Positions 19,911-30,404 are shown, counted from the stretch's first letter. The stretch is 64,000 nucleotides of DNA from Candidatus Kapaibacterium sp. (GCA_963665665.1 OY762428.1:2048001-2112000); one strand, 5' to 3'. Program-made: numbers and translations. Notes: generated from the letters alone by a model not told the origin.

Positions 19911-20858
19911 ATGAGCTCTGAGAAAAATAAAGAGATTAGGGTTGGATTGGTTTCTATTGCAGGAATTCTTTTGGCAATTGCCGGAATATCACTTGGAAAG
20001 GGTTGGTTCGGCGGAGCAACCGGAACCGAGTTGTTATTAAAATTTCCACATTCCTCGGGAATTGCAATGCATGATCCCGTAACTGTTTCAGGAGTTGACC
20101 GAGGCAGGGTGGAATCAATCAATAACATAGACGGCGGTGTACAGATCGTTGCTACTATTGATGATATTTCAGATTTCAAGGAAGATGCCTCGGCAAGGAT
20201 TTTACTTCTGGAAATTACCGGAGGTAAAAAAATTGATATTAATCCGGGCAAATCCGAAATACCATTTAACCCGGAAAATATCATTGCCGGAACCACACCT
20301 GCCGACCTCCCGGAACTTATTGCCACTCTTGGCGGTGTCAGCAGCGAGGCAATTACATTGATGAGAAGGCTGGATACGATTTCTGTTGCTTTAACAGCTC
20401 TGCTTTCCGATGAGAAATTTGTTAATGATATAAAATCAACTTTTCAAAGTGCATCGGAATTAAGCTCTGATATCAATCAGATTATAAAAAATAACAGAGG
20501 TAAAATCGAGAACTCTATTGCTGATATTAGTGATATTATTGATAAGCTTCGAAACAGTATTGATAGAAATGAGCCAAAAGTAAGCTCTATTATTGATGAA
20601 TTGGATAAATCGATCACCAATCTTCAGCCTTTGATTGGCAAATCTTCCGAATCACTTGACTCCTTGGATAGATTAATAGCAAATCTTAACGATATCAGCA
20701 CACAGGTTAAAGATCCGGAAGGCAGTATCGGCAGGTTACTTTATGACAAAGAATTATCTAATCGGCTTGATTCAACTCTTACCGAATTGAGTGAGTTCAT
20801 TAAAAAGATGAATAAATACGGTATAAATGTAAATGTAGGGCTTGGACACGAACCGTAG
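19911..20858 (+). CDS. MlaD/MCE family protein
   Basis: EIRVG TM anchor, V..SGV..G.V MCE domain, helical C-terminus with GSIGRLLYD. Confidence 0.92.
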   Translation: MSSEKNKEIRVGLVSIAGILLAIAGISLGKGWFGGATGTELLLKFPHSSGIAMHDPVTVSGVDRGRVESINNIDGGVQIVATIDDISDFKEDASARILLLEITGGKKIDINPGKSEIPFNPENIIAGTTPADLPELIATLGGVSSEAITLMRRLDTISVALTALLSDEKFVNDIKSTFQSASELSSDINQIIKNNRGKIENSIADISDIIDKLRNSIDRNEPKVSSIIDELDKSITNLQPLIGKSSESLDSLDRLIANLNDISTQVKDPEGSIGRLLYDKELSNRLDSTLTELSEFIKKMNKYGINVNVGLGHEP

Positions 20859-20885
20859 AAACAAGTTCGTGCCCTGCTAATTATT

Positions 20886-22370
20886 CTATTGATGTTTTTT
20901 TAATTCCTCAACATCATCGAAATGTGTTTTTTCAGTTCCGATAACCTGGTAAGTTTCATGGCCTTTTCCGGCAACAAGGATAATATCATTTTCAAGAGAT
21001 AGAAGCACAGCCTGCTTAATGGCATCGCGCCTGTCTTCTGTTCTTATCGTATCTTCAATGTATTCATCATCAATACCGTCGAAAATATCATTAATGATTG
21101 CAACAGGATTTTCTGTCCTTGGGTTGTCACTTGTTACTATTGTCAGGTCGGAATTTTCAACAGCTATCCTGCCCATAGGGGCTCTTTTGGATTTGTCCCT
21201 GTCGCCGCCGCACCCAAAAACGGTGATAAGCCTGTTTTCAAAATTACCGGCAGCATCAAGGGTTTCACGGCAGGCATTAATGGCCTTTTCAAGAGCGTCA
21301 GGAGTGTGGGCATAATCAACGATACCAATAGCGCCATTGCCAAGTAAAACCTTCTGCATACGCCCCGGAGCGCCTTCAGCAACTTTCAACCCTGATGCAA
21401 TTAACTTTTTATCTATACCAATATTATAGCAATATGCCGCCGCCTGAGCCGCATTATAAATATTGAACATCCCCGTTAGTTTTGTGGATAGCAGCAACTC
21501 TTCGCCGTCGATATTAGTACCGAGTTTAAAATATGATGATTTCAGCCCGAATTGCTCGCTGCTGATTTTCATATCAGTATGTCCCTGCCGCCCTATCCTG
21601 ACAATTTTGTTTGCTTTGCATTCGGTAATCATTTCCTCTGAGTATTTGTCGTCTAAGTTCACCACAGCCAATCCGTCCGAGGGAAGTATATCAAACAGAA
21701 TTTTCTTAGCAGAAGCATATTTATCCATACTGCCGTGATAGTCAAGGTGCTCATGTGTAAGGTTTGTAAAAATTCCGCCATTGAAATTTATTCCTTCGGT
21801 TCTCCCCTGTTCCAGTGCATGAGAGCTTGTTTCCATAATCACGTGAGAACAGCCTGATTCTCGTATCATATTAAAATATTTGCAAAGCTCTGTTGATTCA
21901 GGTGTTGTATGAGTAGCCGGTATAAATTCACTGTCGATAATAATACCGGTTGTTCCGATAAGCGCAGTCTTTATGCCGGCAGCTTCAAGGATAGATTTCA
22001 GAAGATATGTGATCGTAGTTTTACCGTTTGTGCCCGTAACGCCGATTACATACAGATTATCAGTAGGATTATCATAGAAATTGTGTGCCATCAGGGCAAG
22101 TGTTTTCCTGGAATTATTGCATAGAATGTATGTTATATCAGGGTTTATATTTTCAGGAAGCCTTTCACAAATTATAGATGATGCTCCAAGTTCAAGAGCT
22201 TTTGAAATAAAATTATGGCCGTCGAAGGCTGCCCCGCTGATAGCGGTAAAAAGTGAACCTTTGGCACATTTCCTGGAATCATATTCAAGGCTTGAAATTT
22301 CAATATCAACAGGCCCTATAACTTCCTTAACGTCAATATTCTTTAGTAATTCTTCCAGCGTTTTCATCAT
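20886..22370 (-). CDS. murE: UDP-N-acetylmuramoyl-L-alanyl-D-glutamate--2,6-diaminopimelate ligase
   Basis: GVTGTNGKTT, HEHLDYH, DYAHTPD, GCGGDRD, DNPR (DAP-specific), AGKGHE. Confidence 0.98.
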   Translation of the reverse strand: MMKTLEELLKNIDVKEVIGPVDIEISSLEYDSRKCAKGSLFTAISGAAFDGHNFISKALELGASSIICERLPENINPDITYILCNNSRKTLALMAHNFYDNPTDNLYVIGVTGTNGKTTITYLLKSILEAAGIKTALIGTTGIIIDSEFIPATHTTPESTELCKYFNMIRESGCSHVIMETSSHALEQGRTEGINFNGGIFTNLTHEHLDYHGSMDKYASAKKILFDILPSDGLAVVNLDDKYSEEMITECKANKIVRIGRQGHTDMKISSEQFGLKSSYFKLGTNIDGEELLLSTKLTGMFNIYNAAQAAAYCYNIGIDKKLIASGLKVAEGAPGRMQKVLLGNGAIGIVDYAHTPDALEKAINACRETLDAAGNFENRLITVFGCGGDRDKSKRAPMGRIAVENSDLTIVTSDNPRTENPVAIINDIFDGIDDEYIEDTIRTEDRRDAIKQAVLLSLENDIILVAGKGHETYQVIGTEKTHFDDVEELKKHQ

Positions 22371-22536
22371 TTCTTCCGGTATTTTAATATTCAAACAGTA
22401 TTTTCAAATCACATTTTTTGTGGATCATAACTGACAATTTGTGTCGTCATACATTAAATTTTCAGTTTAAAACTGTAAAAAAGTCACACTCAGCCAAGAT
22501 GATATTATTCTGTTTTGAAAAGAATAATTGCAAAAT

Positions 22537-22628
22537 TGTCATTCTGACGGAGAGAAGCGACTGAAGAATCCACTTGTTTTTAGTATAAAAATATTAAGAA
22601 TAGACTCTTCACTTCGTTCAGAGTGACA
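22537..22628 (-). repeat. isolated REP/REPIN-like palindrome, same family as module C of the cassette spacers
   Basis: TGTCATTCTGA...GAAGAATC...GACTCTTC...TCAGAGTGACA. Its reverse complement contains TGGATTCTTCAGTCGC..CTCC.TCAGAATGAC, as in the 27.7-37.1 kb spacers. Confidence 0.8.
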
Positions 22629-22692
22629 TTTTTTTGTATTTTTTACAACATCTAACATATTTTTTCCTTTATGCCGAGTAGTCATCATAAAC

Positions 22693-23775
22693 TTATACTT
22701 CAAGCCCCTGCTTTAGAATTTCAGCTCTTTCGGCAACTTTCAGGTTGTCGATAAGATTATCCAGTTCGCCTTCGATGATTTCCCTGAGGCTGTAATTCTT
22801 TGCTTCTCCTTCCAGCCTGTGATCAGTAACACGGTTCTGAGGCCAGTTGTAAGTACGGATTTTTTCAGACCTGTCCCCCGAGCGAACCATTGATTTCCTG
22901 TTTGAAGAAATTGCACTTTGCTGCTTTTCAAGTTCTAATTCATATATTCTTGAGCGAAGTACTTTCATTGCTTTTTGTTTGTTCTTGAGCTGAGATCTTT
23001 CGTCCTGGCAGCTAACTACTATATTCGTAGGTAAATGTACAAGGCGTACCGCTGTTTCAACTTTATTCACGTTCTGTCCGCCCTTGCCGCCGGCACGGAA
23101 AATATCTACCCTCAGGTCCTCGTCGCGTATTTCCACATCAACATCTTCTGCTTCAGGGAGTACAGCCACCGTTGCCGCCGATGTATGTATTCTGCCGCTG
23201 GCCTCGGTTTCAGGAACTCTCTGCACACGGTGCACGCCACTTTCGAACTTACAGTTTCCGTATGCGTCGTCCCCGTTCATCGAGAAAACAACTTCCTTAT
23301 AGCCGCCGCGCTCGCTCTCGTTAAAACTGATCACTTCAATTTTGTAATTCTTCAGCTCGGAATATTTTTGATACATCCTGAAAAGGTCTCCTGCGAAAAT
23401 ACCGGCTTCATCTCCGCCCGTGCCGGCCCTGACTTCGAAGATACAGTTTTTCATATCATTGGGATCCTTGGGAATGAGAAGAATTCGAAGCTCTTCATCC
23501 ATTTTTTCCTTTTGTCCGTTAAGCCCGTCGATCTCCTCGTAGGCCATATCTCTTAGTTCATGGTCTGTTTCCGGGTCATCAATCATTTCCCTGTTGGACC
23601 TTATTTCGCTGCAGATACTCAGGTACTCAGCACCAGCTTCGGCAAGAAGCTGCATGTGCTTGTATTCCCTGTTCACTTTGGTAAATTTCTTTATATCAGA
23701 GGCAATTGCCGGGTCGTTCAATTTTTCTTCAAGCTGTTTATATTTCTCTAATATCGACTTTATCTTATCTTCCAT
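22693..23775 (-). CDS. prfA: peptide chain release factor 1
   Basis: [12 protein letters not shown] (PxT motif), [15 protein letters not shown]. Confidence 0.98.
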   Translation of the reverse strand: MEDKIKSILEKYKQLEEKLNDPAIASDIKKFTKVNREYKHMQLLAEAGAEYLSICSEIRSNREMIDDPETDHELRDMAYEEIDGLNGQKEKMDEELRILLIPKDPNDMKNCIFEVRAGTGGDEAGIFAGDLFRMYQKYSELKNYKIEVISFNESERGGYKEVVFSMNGDDAYGNCKFESGVHRVQRVPETEASGRIHTSAATVAVLPEAEDVDVEIRDEDLRVDIFRAGGKGGQNVNKVETAVRLVHLPTNIVVSCQDERSQLKNKQKAMKVLRSRIYELELEKQQSAISSNRKSMVRSGDRSEKIRTYNWPQNRVTDHRLEGEAKNYSLREIIEGELDNLIDNLKVAERAEILKQGLEV

Positions 23776-23948
23776 AATCCCAATTATTCTATTTATTAAT
23801 ACTTACTAATACAAAAATACTATAAATCAAGGAAATAACATAAAATTGAAATTCTGGGGTTGCCGGATGAATTTAATCACCTGTCTTTAACATCTTACAA
23901 ATAATTCAGCGGAAAGCATTCCTTCCGAATTACAATTAATATTTGTTT

Positions 23949-26723
23949 TTAATTCTCAATGATAATAACATAACCCCTGCTGTACTTCGATACCGGATCG
24001 AGCCATTTGCCTTCCTTCATCAGGTCGAATTCCATAAAATATTTGCCGCCAAGTTCAGGCACAACAAAGTTATATTCAACTTCCGAAACTGATAATGGCG
24101 TAAATGCCCTGGGCTGTGATTCATATATAATTTTTCTGGTGGCAAAATCCCTGAGCCTGATATTTAATGAAACATCATTTCCAAGTGATCTCATAAGGTC
24201 AAAAATATCGAAATTGAATTCAACAGTATCCCCGGGTGAGAAATTAAATTCCGGCAGCTTGAATATCGGGTCAAGGACTATGTCATAATCCTGCCAGGGG
24301 AAGAAATCAAGTGATTCTAATGACTTGGGCAGCCTTTTGCCCTGTATCTGTACGGAATCAACCTTTATTCCTATAAGTTTTTTCTTTTTATTTCTTTGCA
24401 GGTCTCCGAAGAATTCGATATTCAGCACGGGGGGAATCTTCTTCATCTTGAAATCTATTTTAAATTCCCATTCCCCCGGCCGCATATCATAGTTAAAGAC
24501 CTCTTCCTTGTTTATCTTTACTATCATATTTTGCTTGATCTTGTTGTTGTTCGTTACTTTCAGCCAGAGCGCTGTTGCCGTGTCGTTCGGGCGTAGCGGC
24601 ATGGTAATATTTGCACTGCCGTTTATCCAGCGATGTTCGTAAAAGCCCTTAGTTAGAGTTCCATAAAACGAAGTATCCAGCAGGTCGCGGTTCAGGTATG
24701 ACGGGGCAAGAGCCACCAGTCCCTGGTCTGCCCTGCTGTTCTTCAGCCACAGGTAATCATCGCTGTCAAATTCCTTTGCGATAAGGAATGCAGCATTGTT
24801 TTTTAAGTTATATTCCGGATTATTTGTGAGCAATACAGGGCTGTCAGAAGTGTCATTTTTAATCGTAATAAATTCAGCTTTTAATTCCGGGCACTGATAT
24901 TGGTAATTAAATACGTTGGGAGAATTTTTGGTAGCAAGGTCTATTGCCAAATTGTTCTCAGCTACCCCGGATACTCGTAGAGCATTTGTAATAATATTTC
25001 TTTCCAGGCGATTCTGATGGTGATATTGAATAACATAAATATATGTGACTGCCGAAAATGCAATGAACACAAGCCCCATGGCCGGAAAAGCAACATAAGG
25101 CAGCTTTTTGCCAAGAAAACCGACAAATAAATAACCCGCCAGCATGAAAGCTGTGAAAATCATTATATTTATTGTTCCGAGCGCAGAACGCAACGGGAAG
25201 AATGACATGAAGTTTCTGAAAGAAGGTTCCGCTTCGATAATATTTCCGTAAGTGGAAAGCGGCAGGATAACAGATATTGCAATAATCACAAATGCTGCCA
25301 GATGTATCTTCCAGTTAAAGAAAGCTTTTCTATCAACAATACCGTAAAGGGCAAAGGCAAATACAGGAGCCAGGAAAACCTCTGCGTAACGGCCATAGAA
25401 GAACCTGTCCGGACGGTAATCCATATCGGTAATACCGAGGTTGGTAATAATAAAAAGCATTCCGAACACATTCAGTATCAGGTACATTAGCGCAACGCTG
25501 CCGGGATCTTTCAGCAGTTCCTGCCATTTCATTTCTGATTTGGTTGCCATATAATAAACCATGTATGCAATGCCAAAGGCAAAAAAACCGAAAGTGGCGA
25601 CATTCAGGTAATAAATTTTACCACTAACGTTTATAACCCATTTCCATAGTGAATCCAGGATAAAATCAATGAAATCCGGGCCGGGAATAACAGCATAAGT
25701 CATTCCGAGAAATATAGCGAGGAATATCATCAGCTTTATCAGGTCTTTCCAGTTGAATTTGCCTTTAAAAGTCAATAATACAACAAATGCTGATTGAATA
25801 AGCAGCAAAGCAAGTCCGATCATTATTGTCGTTGAATTATAACGCAGCAGAAAGGCTGATACAATGCCGGTGATTGATAGATTTATATAATGCAGGTTGT
25901 GTTTTTTTGGAAGGAACATTCCGGAGAGAACAGCCATGATTACTATCAGAAGGTCAATCCTCCCAAAAAGCTGCTCAATTATCTGCTCAATTGAATTTTG
26001 CTCGCCGTGCATCAGGCTGCTGAGCTGCTCACCGTAGGATAAGGAAAAAATCAGAACAAAGAAATTTATTATCAGAACGGTTGAACCGAAACTGGCATCC
26101 AGAGACTTACGGCGCATCAGGAATATCAGGAATACGAAATTAAGGAATATAATAGATATACCCCTGACATGAATTGTGTAAATCAGTACGGAAACAAGTG
26201 CAAATAAAACAGTCGATACCCAGTCCTGCTTTTTATAAAAATATGCAAATGAAAAGATGAGCAATGCAAAAAATGCCGGGGTCACGGCATCAGTCCATGC
26301 CATCTTTGATTGCAGGAAAAATGCCGGGTAAAGCGAGATAACGAAGGACAGAAGCAGAGACCTGTTTGTCTTAAGTTTAAAAATATGATGCAGTAAAAGA
26401 AAAAGCCATATTACGATGGTAGCGGAAAGTATGCCGTTAATTACCAGCGCCGCTTTGTAAATCATAGCGGGATCGCTGAAAAGCATGAATGCGGGAGAGA
26501 TTATCATGGAATATCCAAAACCACTGGGCTGTCCGCCGCCGGGATAAACGGGCATGGAACCGCCCGCAATATAACGCGCTTTGCCAAGGTATCCGAATTC
26601 ATCGCCTGCTACAACAGGGGTTTCAAGGCTGAGTCCCATAATAATATGTGTTGCTGCAAGAATAATATATGCTGTAAAGATTACGATAAATGTTTTTCTG
26701 TTTTCTTTCATGCCTGATTTCAT
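23949..26723 (-). CDS. large polytopic membrane protein, GT-C (ArnT/PMT-like) glycosyltransferase suspected, with C-terminal soluble beta domains
   Basis: Many TM segments; GDEFGY acidic motif in first loop; RYAEVF. The ORF extends to 26783, so the start is uncertain. Confidence 0.6.
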   Translation of the reverse strand: MKSGMKENRKTFIVIFTAYIILAATHIIMGLSLETPVVAGDEFGYLGKARYIAGGSMPVYPGGGQPSGFGYSMIISPAFMLFSDPAMIYKAALVINGILSATIVIWLFLLLHHIFKLKTNRSLLLSFVISLYPAFFLQSKMAWTDAVTPAFFALLIFSFAYFYKKQDWVSTVLFALVSVLIYTIHVRGISIIFLNFVFLIFLMRRKSLDASFGSTVLIINFFVLIFSLSYGEQLSSLMHGEQNSIEQIIEQLFGRIDLLIVIMAVLSGMFLPKKHNLHYINLSITGIVSAFLLRYNSTTIMIGLALLLIQSAFVVLLTFKGKFNWKDLIKLMIFLAIFLGMTYAVIPGPDFIDFILDSLWKWVINVSGKIYYLNVATFGFFAFGIAYMVYYMATKSEMKWQELLKDPGSVALMYLILNVFGMLFIITNLGITDMDYRPDRFFYGRYAEVFLAPVFAFALYGIVDRKAFFNWKIHLAAFVIIAISVILPLSTYGNIIEAEPSFRNFMSFFPLRSALGTINIMIFTAFMLAGYLFVGFLGKKLPYVAFPAMGLVFIAFSAVTYIYVIQYHHQNRLERNIITNALRVSGVAENNLAIDLATKNSPNVFNYQYQCPELKAEFITIKNDTSDSPVLLTNNPEYNLKNNAAFLIAKEFDSDDYLWLKNSRADQGLVALAPSYLNRDLLDTSFYGTLTKGFYEHRWINGSANITMPLRPNDTATALWLKVTNNNKIKQNMIVKINKEEVFNYDMRPGEWEFKIDFKMKKIPPVLNIEFFGDLQRNKKKKLIGIKVDSVQIQGKRLPKSLESLDFFPWQDYDIVLDPIFKLPEFNFSPGDTVEFNFDIFDLMRSLGNDVSLNIRLRDFATRKIIYESQPRAFTPLSVSEVEYNFVVPELGGKYFMEFDLMKEGKWLDPVSKYSRGYVIIIEN

Positions 26724-26949
26724 TCTGAATAGGATTACATAATTCCAAACGCAAAGATAAGAATTTAATATATGATAATACAAATTGAATCTTGTGAATA
26801 TGCAAACAACTATATTCTGATGTTAGTAATTTTATTCTTGTATTTTCATATAAAAGCATTAAATTTGACCTTTAGGATGGAACAATTTGGACTTTGGTTT
26901 AAAATTTTTCATATTTTGTTTCACTAAACTTTGGTTTTCGTTATAGTTA

Positions 26950-27483
26950 ATGGATGAATGCTTACATACGGGGGGGCAGGCTGATACCCGTGAATTGAAC
27001 TGGTATCCGTTTTATACGCGCAGCCGCCATGAGAAAAAAGCCTATCAAAACCTTATTCGTGAAGGTTATAATGCTTATTTGCCTCTAAAGAAATCTGTAA
27101 GGCAGTGGAGCGACCGCAGGAAAATTGTGGAAACGCCGCTGATTTCTTCCTATGTATTTGCCAAAACAACGAGAGACCAACTTTACAACATAGTAAAACT
27201 CGACGGAATAGCACGTTACATCAGCTTTGCCGGCCAGCCTGCCACGATTCGGGACAAAGAAATTGATATTATCCGAAAAGCCTTGACTGAGGATACGGAA
27301 CTGGAAGTTAAGGATGGTATGCTGGGCGAGGGCCGCGAAGTGAAATTAAACGCCGGGCCTTTCATGGGATACTCCGGAAAGGTAATAAAACTAAAAGGGA
27401 AAAACAGGCTTGTGATTGAGATTGAAGCCTTGAATAAAACTTTGTTGATTACAGTTGAAAGAAATCAACTGTCGGGAAGATAA
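26950..27483 (+). CDS. upxY: UpxY-family transcription antiterminator (NusG/RfaH paralog)
   Basis: WYPFYTRSRHEKK, AYLPL....RQWSDRRKIVETPLISSYVF, KOW motif GPFMGYSG; lies upstream of a polysaccharide locus. Confidence 0.93.
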   Translation: MDECLHTGGQADTRELNWYPFYTRSRHEKKAYQNLIREGYNAYLPLKKSVRQWSDRRKIVETPLISSYVFAKTTRDQLYNIVKLDGIARYISFAGQPATIRDKEIDIIRKALTEDTELEVKDGMLGEGREVKLNAGPFMGYSGKVIKLKGKNRLVIEIEALNKTLLITVERNQLSGR

Positions 27484-27550
27484 ACCCGAATCAACCGCTT
27501 ATTATAATAAATATTGCGGTATACTTATAAAATACAATGATTTGTCCGTA

Positions 27551-27580
27551 GGCCACAGATGTGACTGAAAGGGCTGTGCC
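27551..27580 (+). promoter_or_regulatory. candidate cis-acting hairpin (ops/JUMPstart-like) downstream of upxY
   Basis: Stem-loop GG(C)CACAG-ATGTGACTGAAAGGG-CTGTGCC, unique in the window, at the head of the array/operon leader. Confidence 0.4.
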
Positions 27581-27630
27581 TTGGAAAGAGGGAAAGAAAA
27601 CACTTTGACACTTGCAAAATTGAAATCTAA

Positions 27631-27895
27631 AGTTCCCCTCTTGGGGGGTGGCGAGCGCAGCGAGACGGGGTGGATTCTTAATTGAAAATTTGAAATTGAT
27701 ATTTAATAATGCTGTATAGCTTAAAAATATTCATAGATGTCATCCTGAGCGAAAGCGAAGGATCCATTCTTCAACAATATCAGCAAAGAAAAAATGCATT
27801 CTTCAGTCCCAAGCTCAGGAAGCCTGCCCCAACCAGTCGGGAAATGACAAAAGGGTTGTTGATGGAAAATGAAGAAGAACCGGACATAAATATAT
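27631..27895 (+). repeat. composite spacer S0 (modules A-B-C-E)
   Basis: A: TTCCCCTCTTGGGGGGTGGCGAGCGCAGCGAGACGGGGTGGA. B: AATGCTGTATAGCTTAAAAATATT. C: GTCATCCTGAGCGAAAGCGAAGGATCCATTCTTCAAC...ATTCTTCAGTC...AATGACAA. E: GAAAATGAAGAAGAA. Confidence 0.9.
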
Positions 27896-28192
27896 ATGAG
27901 TAAGTCTGATAAGAATATAAAACTGATAGAATTTATTGACAGGAATAGACGGCTTTTCTGGTATATTCCTGATGATGCCATGCATGACATAAGCGACGAA
28001 CTGATACTGGAAAATACTCTTAATTATGCAGGCCTTGATTCTATTGTGGAATATTTCAATATTATCGGACTAAGTAGGGCAGCCGGTATATTCAAGTCCT
28101 TGCACGGCAGAAAAAAGCACAATATCTCTCCCGAAATTTATAATTTTTTTTCACTGGTATTTAAAAGGTATGTACCCGGATATTCTAAATAA
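27896..28192 (+). CDS. cassette 1 antitoxin-like protein (DUF6922-like)
   Basis: LFWY...IL.NTLNY pattern; overlaps the downstream AbiEii gene. Confidence 0.7.
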   Translation: MSKSDKNIKLIEFIDRNRRLFWYIPDDAMHDISDELILENTLNYAGLDSIVEYFNIIGLSRAAGIFKSLHGRKKHNISPEIYNFFSLVFKRYVPGYSK

Positions 28193-28784
28193 AAAACAAA
28201 TTGAATTACTTGAATTATGTAAAGTTTTCAAAAGGGAATTTTATCTTGCCGGAGGTACTGCTATTGCTCTTCAGATTGGACACAGATCGTCAATTGATTT
28301 CGACTTTTTTAAAAAGTCTGCAATCAATCCAAAAAAAGTTATCGACAAAATTGAAAAAGCAGGTTACGATCACTCAATTGTCCGCGCAACATCTGACCAG
28401 CTTGATGTTTTTGTTAACGATGTAAAACTTACATTCCTGCATTATCCATTTGAAGTTGAAGCAAAACAGAAAATGGATAATTATTTCAGGACGCCGGAAT
28501 TGATTTCCCTGGCAGCCCTGAAGGCTTATGCTCTTGGCAGGCGTTCGAAGTGGAAAGATTATGTCGATCTTTATATTTTGATAAACAGGCATTTTTCAAT
28601 TAATGATATATCCCTTAAAGCCGGAGAAATTTTCGGTCAGCTTTTTTCAGAAAAACTTTTTCGAAGTCAGCTATCCTATTTTGATGATATTGATTATTCC
28701 GAACCAGTGATATGGAGCGGCCATGAATTTTCGGCTGATGAGATAAAAGCTTTTTTAGAAGAAAAATCAACCGAAATATTTTAA
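28170..28784 (+). CDS. cassette 1 AbiEii/AbiGii-family nucleotidyltransferase toxin
   Basis: FYLAGGTAIALQIGHRSSIDFDFF, K..A...R...KDYVDLY. Confidence 0.9.
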   Translation: MYPDILNKKQIELLELCKVFKREFYLAGGTAIALQIGHRSSIDFDFFKKSAINPKKVIDKIEKAGYDHSIVRATSDQLDVFVNDVKLTFLHYPFEVEAKQKMDNYFRTPELISLAALKAYALGRRSKWKDYVDLYILINRHFSINDISLKAGEIFGQLFSEKLFRSQLSYFDDIDYSEPVIWSGHEFSADEIKAFLEEKSTEIF

Positions 28785-28821
28785 TTTCTAATGTATAAAA
28801 TGCCCCATAAGGGATTGACTA

Positions 28822-29045
28822 TTTAATTAGAAATTGATAATTAAAAATGCTTCATAGCTTAAATAAATCGAGAAATGGAAGTATCCTCCCCCTTAATCCC
28901 CCTCCAAAGGGGGACATCCCAGAATTCCCATCGAGAGGTGGATTGCGAAGGATCCATTCTTCAACAGTATCAGCAGGAAAAGATGGATTCTTCAGTCGCA
29001 AGCTCCTTCAGAATGACAAGAGGGTTCTTCAAATGAAAATTAAAA
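28822..29045 (+). repeat. composite spacer S1 (B-D-A'-C)
   Basis: AATGCTTCATAGCTTAAA; CCTTAATCCCCCTCCAAAGGGGG at 28891-28913; GATGGATTCTTCAGTCGCAAGCTCCTTCAGAATGACAAGAGG. Confidence 0.93.
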
Positions 29046-29078
29046 ATAATAACAACCGAAAATGAATAACCAAGACTG

Positions 29079-29402
29079 ATGGGCAGAAAAAATAAAAAGA
29101 AAAAATATTACGATGAGCCTCTGAGCAAGGAAATGATCAGTAATATTATACATGAGGCTGTAGAAAAGCAGATAAAGGAGAAGAATCCTCCGGAGGTTGC
29201 GAGAACTTATTACAGGCTGATAGTTATGGGATTGAGTTCCAAAGATGCAAAATCACAAATAATACGGGCTTTTTCAATTGAACTCAGGCAAAGTAAAAAA
29301 TCGGACTATGCCTGGGAAAAAGAATCATATATAGAAATACTTGAAATGCTCCCCATGGAAGATGAGGAATTATATGCTCTTTACCATAGTTTCGAGGACT
29401 AA
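29079..29402 (+). CDS. cassette 2 hypothetical protein
   Basis: 107-aa ORF; 'IHEAVEKQI....PPEV..TY.RL...G.S..DA' resembles small DUF1841-like helical proteins (weak). Confidence 0.6.
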   Translation: MGRKNKKKKYYDEPLSKEMISNIIHEAVEKQIKEKNPPEVARTYYRLIVMGLSSKDAKSQIIRAFSIELRQSKKSDYAWEKESYIEILEMLPMEDEELYALYHSFED

Positions 29403-29455
29403 AGAAATAATCACGATAAGAGTGCAAAGTAAATTAAGCAACTAAGCTATCAATA

Positions 29456-29764
29456 ATGGAAAACGTTGAACAAATAAAGAATATACTTGAAAAAATCTTC
29501 TGGGATATGAACCCCGGGGAGAAAAACAGAAATATCAATATTATTTTGTCGGACAAAAAATCAGTCCTGTCCGATAAACGAATACTGATAAAATTGCTTA
29601 CGGGGCTTGCATGGTACGACCTGCAAAAACTTTTCACGCAGGAAGAATTAAAATCTGCCTTAAATTATGATGTTATTGACAAATTATTCCCGGTTTCCTT
29701 AAGAAATTATTATAATGATGCCGCAAAATTACTACGAAAATATTCTTTACCCTCTGCAGGATAA
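29456..29764 (+). CDS. cassette 2 antitoxin-like protein
   Basis: IFWD motif like the cassette 1 partner; overlaps the AbiEii gene. Confidence 0.65.
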   Translation: MENVEQIKNILEKIFWDMNPGEKNRNINIILSDKKSVLSDKRILIKLLTGLAWYDLQKLFTQEELKSALNYDVIDKLFPVSLRNYYNDAAKLLRKYSLPSAG

Positions 29765-30404
29765 AATTTTAAAATTGGTAAGCTTAGCCAAAACTGATTT
29801 CTACCTGACAGGCGGAACTGCTCTTAGCAGGGTTTACCTAAATCACAGGTATTCAGACGATTTGGATTTTTTTGTTAATAACAGCCCTGATTTTAAGCCG
29901 GCCGTGGAAGCAGTTCTAAATATTTTTGATGATGGGGAAGTTATCTATAAGCCAATTTCAACAAATAACGGATTTGTCAGGTTGGTAATTAATGATAAAA
30001 ACTGCAATCTGAAAATTGACTTTGTTAACGATATTTCTTTCAGAGCGGGTGAAGTTGGTGAATGGAAGAAATACCCGAGAGTAGATAATATGCTGAATAT
30101 ATTATCTAATAAGATTACTGCACTGACGCGCTACGAAACTAAGGATATCGTGGATATTGTCCATATTGCTGTCAAAACAGAATTTAGCTGGGAAGAAATC
30201 TTCAACGATGCCCTCCAAAAAGATGTTTGGGCAAACCCGGTGGAAGCTGCAAAGATTCTTGATGCTTTCCCAACAGGAAAACTTAAAGAAATAAAATGGA
30301 TAGCTGATAGTCCGGATGAAACGATCTTTTCGGATTATATTTCCCAAATTATTCAGGATATTCTTTCAGGCAAAGACAATAGCCTTTTTGGAATTTGCAA
30401 ATAA
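29715..30404 (+). CDS. cassette 2 AbiEii-family nucleotidyltransferase toxin
   Basis: FYLTGGTALSRVYLNHRYSDDLDFF, KIDFV, NKITAL.R...KDIVDI. Confidence 0.9.
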   Translation: MMPQNYYENILYPLQDKILKLVSLAKTDFYLTGGTALSRVYLNHRYSDDLDFFVNNSPDFKPAVEAVLNIFDDGEVIYKPISTNNGFVRLVINDKNCNLKIDFVNDISFRAGEVGEWKKYPRVDNMLNILSNKITALTRYETKDIVDIVHIAVKTEFSWEEIFNDALQKDVWANPVEAAKILDAFPTGKLKEIKWIADSPDETIFSDYISQIIQDILSGKDNSLFGICK

